From a virus: DNA of 64,000 bases. Below the pieces are notes generated by a model, which saw nothing but the letters and a program-made list of their open reading frames with translations, was not told the DNA's origin and made no database searches. Position 1 is the first letter of the stretch; each line of letters begins with the position of its first letter. Of this stretch, positions 58,360 through 64,000 are shown piece after piece. Location of the stretch: IMG/VR virus record IMGVR_UViG_3300045988_183727; one strand, 5' to 3'. The translations under genes were made by a program, and so were the position numbers.

Positions 58360-59937
58360 ATGCCTACAGAAAGAAAGAAGAAAACAACAAAAGAAGAAAA
58401 CGCAAAAAATAACTCAACAAAAAACACAATAAAAAAACCAAGAAACTCAACAAGTAACACGAAAAGCAAGAAAGAAAGCAAGTCTCTTTTGGGGTTAAAG
58501 GACCTGATGGAAGATACGTCTCCAGAAAAAGTCGTCGGCTGTTATGTTCGTGTATCTACCGATGCACAGGCGGAGCAGGGATATTCTATACCTGACCAAA
58601 CAGCCAAATTGCAGGCCTTTTGTACCGTAAAAGGCTGGGAGAACGCGAAATTCTACACGGACCCCGGATTCAGCGGCAGCAACTTAAATCGACCGGCAAT
58701 GCAGGAAATGATATCCGATGCGATGGAAGGGAAGCTGAAGGCGGTTGTCGTCTTCAAGCTGGACCGTCTCTCCAGAAGTCAGAAGGATACTCTTTATTTA
58801 ATTGAGGATGTGTTTCTTCCGAACGAAGTGGATTTTGTAAGCATTTCCGAGGCCCTTGACACTACCACTCCATATGGACGAGCGATGATAGGTATTTTGA
58901 GCGTCTTCGCCCAGTTGGAACGCGAGAATATCTATATGCGAACCCGTATTGGAATGATGGGTCGTGTAAGCGCGGGGTATTGGCGTGGCGGCGGAAACGT
59001 TCCGTTTGGCTATGATTATGACAAGACAAGCAAATCCCTTATCCCAAATGCTGACGCGCCAAAAGTGCCACAGGCTTACGACCTCTACATCAAGGGCTAT
59101 AGTTGCCAGAAAATTGCGGATATGCTCGGACTAAGTAGCGAACAGCTCGTGAGGAATATTCTCACCAAGCGCACATATTGCGGCTACATCAACTACAAAG
59201 GCAAAGACTACAAGGGTTTCCACGAGCCTTTGATTGATGAAGAGCGGTTCATGCTCGTGGCTGCAGAAATGGAACGCCGTGGGAAGGAAAACCTCGCAGT
59301 CTGCGGCAACAATAAATATTATCTTCTTACCGGGCTTGTTTTCTGCGGAGATTGTGGCGCCAGAATGCGGTACATGAAGTGGGGGAAGTATATCCGTATC
59401 GTCTGCTACTCGCACACGTGTAAAAAGAACATGGTTAAGGACCCCGATTGTCCAAACAAGGGCGTTCGCGCAGATGAACTTGAGAAGGTTGTTATCTCAA
59501 AACTTTTTGACATTGGTACTGACATTTCTCTCGACGATTTTGACGACACCCACGTGCCTGCAAGTGCAGCAGAAATCCTGACGAACCGGATAGATGAGCT
59601 GAAGGAGTCTCTCAGGCGCCTATATGGGCTCTATGCCGACATCGGAGACCCCATGGTGTACGAGCGCATTGAGGATGTGCGAGGACAGCTCCACGTATTG
59701 CAGAGACAGCTTGCAAGCGAGGAAACGCAGAAACTCAAGGAAGAGCACATCAACTACGTCCGTGAGAAAATTCAGACTATTGGAGACCTCTGGCCCCATC
59801 TTACTCCTATGGAGCGCCAAACTCTTGTTCGTGATTGTGTTGAGAAGGTTATTTTGCATCACAACGGACGTGTTGAGGTTTACTACACTTTCCATACTGA
59901 GAAAGATAGTAAAATTCTCAAAAGGAAAGGCGCATAA
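58360..59937 (+). CDS. Large serine recombinase with a Lys-rich N-terminal extension
   Basis: Resolvase catalytic CYVRVSTDAQAEQGYSIPDQ, recombinase domain, zinc ribbon CGDCGARM...CYSHTC, and a coiled-coil C-terminus. An alternative start is at 58507. Confidence 0.9.
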   Translation: MPTERKKKTTKEENAKNNSTKNTIKKPRNSTSNTKSKKESKSLLGLKDLMEDTSPEKVVGCYVRVSTDAQAEQGYSIPDQTAKLQAFCTVKGWENAKFYTDPGFSGSNLNRPAMQEMISDAMEGKLKAVVVFKLDRLSRSQKDTLYLIEDVFLPNEVDFVSISEALDTTTPYGRAMIGILSVFAQLERENIYMRTRIGMMGRVSAGYWRGGGNVPFGYDYDKTSKSLIPNADAPKVPQAYDLYIKGYSCQKIADMLGLSSEQLVRNILTKRTYCGYINYKGKDYKGFHEPLIDEERFMLVAAEMERRGKENLAVCGNNKYYLLTGLVFCGDCGARMRYMKWGKYIRIVCYSHTCKKNMVKDPDCPNKGVRADELEKVVISKLFDIGTDISLDDFDDTHVPASAAEILTNRIDELKESLRRLYGLYADIGDPMVYERIEDVRGQLHVLQRQLASEETQKLKEEHINYVREKIQTIGDLWPHLTPMERQTLVRDCVEKVILHHNGRVEVYYTFHTEKDSKILKRKGA

Positions 59938-59944
59938 AAATTAG

Positions 59945-59976
59945 AAACGCGCCTCTTCTGAGGCGCGTTTGCTTTT
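59945..59976 (+). terminator. Rho-independent terminator
   Basis: aaacgcgcctc ttct gaggcgcgttt gctttt. Confidence 0.8.
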
Positions 59977-60094
59977 CTAAAAACTAAAATCCAATTCCAG
60001 CAAAAGGGTCGTTTTTTCTCCTTTCCAACACTATGCCGATGGTGTTGTGAAGATGAAAAAACTCTGAGGCTGGTATTCCGAGGAGCGTGTTTTC

Positions 60095-61186
60095 GTGAAA
60101 ACCAAACTCTACCTCCTACAAAACGAAGCATTTGACGTAATTCTTGATTATTTCAAGAACAATTCTAACTCATGTTCTATGAGCGACGACCTCTGCCTTG
60201 CTTTGAAAAAATTGGAGGAAATCAAGCAAAATAACCAGTCCCTTACGTGGAAGCAGCTCGGTATAATTGCTTCTGTTGAGAGCTACCTCGCAAACAGTGG
60301 AGGTAAACCTCTAACGAGGCAAAGTTTCCTTGAAAACCATTCACTTCCGTCTGCGGACGTTTTTAAGAACTCGTTCGATAAGACATCTTTCAAATGGCTA
60401 TTGGAAAGATATCCTTATCATACGAAAAAATCTTCCACAGATTTAATTTATGGTGGAAAGGCGTATGACGATGTGGATGAAGTAAAGGATGCTTTTATAA
60501 AAGAGTATTACAGAATAAGGCCTGCAACGCAGCACGAGTTCAACTCAAAGAAAAGTAAAACTATCCCATACTGGGAGTCCTTAGCCGCACGATTTGGCGT
60601 TGTGTCATGGATAGCCCTTATCGACCTCTTGGAGCTGCCGAGGTACAACAAGCGTGGTGACAATCCACTGAGAGTTATAGAAACTAATTTGTGCATAACG
60701 GACGATAGGGTGTCCTTCGCAGGGAGGAAAAGACCTCATGTGTTTAGACGAACATTTTGGACAAAAGAGCTTATTCGTCAGCGTGTCGAAGGGTTCATTA
60801 TTCAAAATGGACGTATCCCAAGCAGGGAAGACCTCCTTGGCACCCCTGAGTTGCCTTCGCCGGAGACATTCAATAATGTTGTGAAGATGAATTGGCGGCT
60901 TTGGATTAAAGAAACATTTCCTGACTGTGTTCCCGATAACTGGCGATATGACCTGTTATCCAGCAAGAAAATAGACAAAAAGAAGTGGCTGGAACTATTC
61001 AAAAAGGAATACAAGAGAATTAAGCCGTCAACGGGCAATCAATACAATCAGCAACGCACTCAAGGAACGCCAACATGGAACACAATCGCAAAACTCATAG
61101 GAGAAAGCGAACACAAATGGAGCAACATGAAAAAGGTTGCAGGGGTAGAGGATGTTCCCATTTCCAGCAAAAAGCCGTCCACGTAA
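60095..61186 (+). CDS. Hypothetical protein with four homing-endonuclease-associated-type repeats
   Basis: GTG start follows gaggag. The repeated pattern (P/T)xxx(F/Y)...(L/I)PSxxT(F/I)...W... resembles the HNH-associated repeat. AT-rich gene. Confidence 0.6.
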   Translation: MKTKLYLLQNEAFDVILDYFKNNSNSCSMSDDLCLALKKLEEIKQNNQSLTWKQLGIIASVESYLANSGGKPLTRQSFLENHSLPSADVFKNSFDKTSFKWLLERYPYHTKKSSTDLIYGGKAYDDVDEVKDAFIKEYYRIRPATQHEFNSKKSKTIPYWESLAARFGVVSWIALIDLLELPRYNKRGDNPLRVIETNLCITDDRVSFAGRKRPHVFRRTFWTKELIRQRVEGFIIQNGRIPSREDLLGTPELPSPETFNNVVKMNWRLWIKETFPDCVPDNWRYDLLSSKKIDKKKWLELFKKEYKRIKPSTGNQYNQQRTQGTPTWNTIAKLIGESEHKWSNMKKVAGVEDVPISSKKPST

Positions 61187-61218
61187 AAAAAGACCACCGT
61201 AAGGTGGTCTTTTTTTTG
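61185..61218. terminator. Bidirectional terminator
   Basis: A6 agaccacc gtaa ggtggtct T8. Confidence 0.85.
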
Positions 61219-61230
61219 TATTTTGTGGTT

Positions 61231-61782
61231 CTAAATTGACTCGTCCTCCGTCTCATCCAAACGTTTGATGCGTTGAAAGCCATTTGCAGAGACCTTCTTT
61301 CGACTGCCATCTGCTCTATGGAAAAAATCGCCGATAATAATGCCTTCTTCAACGTATCGTTTTGAACTGGGATGGTTTCGAGTTCCGCCCCACACCAAGA
61401 AAGAACAAAGCCATCTTTCAGGAACGGTTCGGTTGTTCTTCACCTGAGACTGTTCCTTCCTGCATTTTTCAACGTCCTCATTGATTCTCTTGTCTGTAAG
61501 AGAAGCAAGATAATCAATATCTAAAGAGTAGAAGTCGGTTCCGTTGAAATACTTGCTCGTATGGTGCCATGACGCATACTGCAGAACCTTTGTCCGCAAG
61601 AAAGAAAGCGGGGCCTGCTTGAGCTTTTCAATGTTGCATTGAAGAGACAGCGTTCCGTTCAAAATCTCGGCCTCGATTGCGTTCAGTATGGCTGCTTTCG
61701 TCCACTTTGAACGCGGTTTTTCGCCGGATTCATAAGCATCCACAGCGTTGTTGCTCATCGAGTAGCCGGAATACCCGGCCAT
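61231..61782 (-). CDS. Hypothetical protein (183 aa)
   Basis: ATG overlaps the upstream stop. Confidence 0.65.
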   Translation of the reverse strand: MAGYSGYSMSNNAVDAYESGEKPRSKWTKAAILNAIEAEILNGTLSLQCNIEKLKQAPLSFLRTKVLQYASWHHTSKYFNGTDFYSLDIDYLASLTDKRINEDVEKCRKEQSQVKNNRTVPERWLCSFLVWGGTRNHPSSKRYVEEGIIIGDFFHRADGSRKKVSANGFQRIKRLDETEDESI

Positions 61783-62717
61783 TACACATTCCCTCCGTCA
61801 TCGGAGATACCCTGCAGAAGCAGGTTCTCGTCGATATATGTAGCTGTTTCATCTGCGCGATGCAGAAGAAAAGCCAGAGGATAGCGCGTAAAGGCCGCTG
61901 AGGTATTCTTATCTGTGGAATACTCTCCCATGTGGAAACGGATTGCAAAAGCCTCCGGCATCGTCAGGCGAATATAGCGTTCTGCAAGAAACACAGATTT
62001 ATCGCCGTGGCTGCCGAACGGGAGCTTCTCGTCATAGGAAATCCAAGGCACCTTCTTCCACTGTCCGGTTTTGGGGTCCTTCACATTTCTGCTGTCCCAT
62101 TTATAGAAATCGGCCTTGCAGATATCGTGAAGAAGTGCGGAGATGGCAATGCTATCATTGACCATCTTCCTCTCCCCCTCGGAAAGCGTCTTTCCATTCC
62201 GCTCAATTTCCGTGAAGTATGTGTCGTTCAGACGCATAAATACGTTGACTGAGTGGTCCAGAAGCCCGCCGCAGTAGCTTGAGTGATACTTAGCACTTGC
62301 GGGCGCCGTGAAGAAATCCGTCTTCTCCAGCAGCCACAGCACAAGGTCTCTGATGCCTTTGCGTCCCGTACTGACAAGTGCGCCAATGAACGCGATGGCT
62401 TTAGATTCATACTCCTTATCGGGAGTTGTGCCGGCAGGGTCCTCTACCGTAGGGCGGTAGTCCCCGCCGTGCGCCGTGTACTTTGCGAGCGCCTGAGCTG
62501 CTGCCCATTTAATGAAGTCTTCCAATCTGTCGGGGTCGCCATTGTTAGACTGCTCGACAGTGCGGGAGAAGGCGTCATAGTCATCGAGGGCAGCTTGGCA
62601 GACGTCATCGTGACAAGCTCCCTTTTCAAACTGTCCGGAAATAGCTATCAACGCAGCTTCAGCACGCTCGTGCAGCTTTTGAATCCTCTCGAATTCAGGG
62701 GGGTAGTTGTAACCCAT
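61782..62717 (-). CDS. HD-domain phosphohydrolase
   Basis: AKYHSSYCGGLLDHSVNV...LLHDICK...HGDKSV (HD superfamily motifs). Confidence 0.7.
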   Translation of the reverse strand: MGYNYPPEFERIQKLHERAEAALIAISGQFEKGACHDDVCQAALDDYDAFSRTVEQSNNGDPDRLEDFIKWAAAQALAKYTAHGGDYRPTVEDPAGTTPDKEYESKAIAFIGALVSTGRKGIRDLVLWLLEKTDFFTAPASAKYHSSYCGGLLDHSVNVFMRLNDTYFTEIERNGKTLSEGERKMVNDSIAISALLHDICKADFYKWDSRNVKDPKTGQWKKVPWISYDEKLPFGSHGDKSVFLAERYIRLTMPEAFAIRFHMGEYSTDKNTSAAFTRYPLAFLLHRADETATYIDENLLLQGISDDGGNV

Positions 62718-62719
62718 AG

Positions 62720-63259
62720 TTATTCTCCTTTCTTGATGAAGTCCTCAGCCCTGATAGTACCGGAAGTCCATGCGCTTGTAGGGAAGCTGATTTCGGGGAC
62801 TCTCTCCAGCATAGCATCCCTCAAAGCGTCTCTATAACGCTCGAAATGCCGTTTCTGGAAGCCGAGAATTCTTTCGTCATACTTTACTTCCTTCTGAAGA
62901 AGTTCAACGGCAAGAGAGTTCTCGTTGTCCTCGACCGCGATGGCGAAAAGCTCGTTTTCCATAATCACCCGCTGTGTTCTGGAAACCCACTTTTCGCCCA
63001 ACACAGGCGTCATGCTGCGGAAGCGGTGTCCCAGTGTATCAACGATACACTCCAACACATCGGCCTCCTCATTCATAGAGCCCTCCTCATCGAATAGCCA
63101 CCGGCAGGTGTCCAGTTCAAAGTAGGGGATGTCGTTCAGCAGACGAACTTCCGGTTCCTCTTTATAGGGCTCATCTTCTCGATAGACATGAAGGAAGCTG
63201 TTGGAAATGTAGTAGACGGCCTCGTAAGGTCCATGAACAGAAACATTACCTTTGCCCAT
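62720..63259 (-). CDS. Hypothetical protein (179 aa)
   Basis: ATG follows aaaaagaaaggagaaacgaatc. Confidence 0.65.
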   Translation of the reverse strand: MGKGNVSVHGPYEAVYYISNSFLHVYREDEPYKEEPEVRLLNDIPYFELDTCRWLFDEEGSMNEEADVLECIVDTLGHRFRSMTPVLGEKWVSRTQRVIMENELFAIAVEDNENSLAVELLQKEVKYDERILGFQKRHFERYRDALRDAMLERVPEISFPTSAWTSGTIRAEDFIKKGE

Positions 63260-63291
63260 GATTCGTTTCTCCTTTCTTTTTTTGCGACCTT

Positions 63292-63483
63292 TCAGGTGCG
63301 GCTGACGGTGTGGAGCTTCTGCTCCAGCAGCTCTGCCTTCTCACGGGTCGCTCCACAGGTACACATCTGCGGACAAACAAGAGGGTCGTAGTAGTCCTCG
63401 TTCTTCTCAGGGAAGAATGGCTTTCCGCCCTCATTTACACGCACCACATTAGGGCGCGGGCAGTTGTGACAGGGGTTATACAT
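63292..63483 (-). CDS. Small Cys-rich protein (63 aa)
   Basis: ATG follows aaaggagaacctacag. Contains CHNC...CPQMCTC. Confidence 0.55.
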   Translation of the reverse strand: MYNPCHNCPRPNVVRVNEGGKPFFPEKNEDYYDPLVCPQMCTCGATREKAELLEQKLHTVSRT

Positions 63484-63498
63484 CTGTAGGTTCTCCTT

Positions 63499-63759
63499 TC
63501 AAATGAGTGTTTTGTGGCGTCCTGTTTCTTTGCGAAAGCGCAAAATACTGAAGTATGCATCAGCAGGGTGCTGTGGCAAATCAGCAACTGCCTTAAACAC
63601 CTCATCAATGCAATGTACGGCGAGTTCACGCTCACGAAGCAGGAAAGAAAGCATCTCCGCTGCGGCCAGCAGTTCAGTGCTGCCGGAGGCAGCACCGGAC
63701 CGCTGAAGGCGGACGACCATTGATTTTACGTCTTCGCTTGGAATGTAGGTCTTTTCCAT
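63499..63759 (-). CDS. Hypothetical protein (86 aa)
   Basis: ATG at 63759 lies 6 nt after GGTGGAGGA. The track GTG at 63789 lacks an RBS. Confidence 0.55.
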   Translation of the reverse strand: MEKTYIPSEDVKSMVVRLQRSGAASGSTELLAAAEMLSFLLRERELAVHCIDEVFKAVADLPQHPADAYFSILRFRKETGRHKTLI

Positions 63760-63776
63760 GTCGTCCTCCACCGCAA

Positions 63777-64000
63777 TTACGGTCTCCACGGTGAATTGTG
63801 GAGTTCTTCATTGATTTGCTTTATTGTTTTTTCCTGCCACCGGTTGACGTGCTTCGTCCTTGTGAGATTAAGCTCACCAACCTTGTGAAGAGTGATACCA
63901 ACTGAGCCAAAGTGCAGCCACGTACCCTCGGAAACGGATACTGTGCAGCCTTTTTTCGCACCCTTCAGCCGCTTCTTCACCGACGCGACCATTGCTTGCG
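63777..64000 (-). CDS. Hypothetical protein, possibly 5'-truncated by the window edge
   Basis: The ORF is open to the window end. The ATG at 63992 has no clear RBS. Confidence 0.4.
   Translation of the reverse strand, partial: QAMVASVKKRLKGAKKGCTVSVSEGTWLHFGSVGITLHKVGELNLTRTKHVNRWQEKTIKQINEELHNSPWRP

Noticed and set aside
1-64000. Labelling the whole window a prophage
   Set aside because: YopX, DUF1064, Lar-like, tRNA cluster and serine recombinase are phage-like. However, no terminase, portal, capsid, tail or lysis genes are recognisable, and the adhesin, topoisomerase III and sortase-like genes are ICE/plasmid-like. The element type is left open.

Overview
This is an accessory or mobile region of a Gram-positive (Clostridia-like) genome, with AGGAGG-type RBSs, dense operons and no housekeeping context. 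The left third (+ strand) encodes a giant SVQTG-anchored adhesin, topoisomerase III, an SOS-boxed YdjM-like hydrolase, a secreted nuclease, flotillin and tRNA-Ser. The middle (23-48 kb, - strand) holds four operons of phage/ICE-type accessory genes: an ART-HD fusion, a Lar-like protein, a CobT-like VWA plus AAA+ pair, YopX, MazF-like and RecG. Each of the four downstream operons starts with a near-identical promoter-leader-terminator cassette. The right third carries a tRNA cluster, a nuclease-dead truncated TnpB homologue, an intact IscB element bounded by 32-bp perfect inverted repeats, three sortase-like paralogues and a large serine recombinase. The main signal is a roughly 115-130-nt structured RNA family in five copies, supported by covariation. 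Its sequence appears to derive from the tnpB 3' end, like an omega-RNA. Four of the copies are followed by mini-arrays of 2-4 hairpin repeats (~36 nt) separated by variable 17-31-nt spacers. This looks like a multi-guide TldR-like or proto-CRISPR system, with decaying IS605 ends (PATEs) as the null model. No capsid, tail or T4SS genes are recognisable, so the element type is open.
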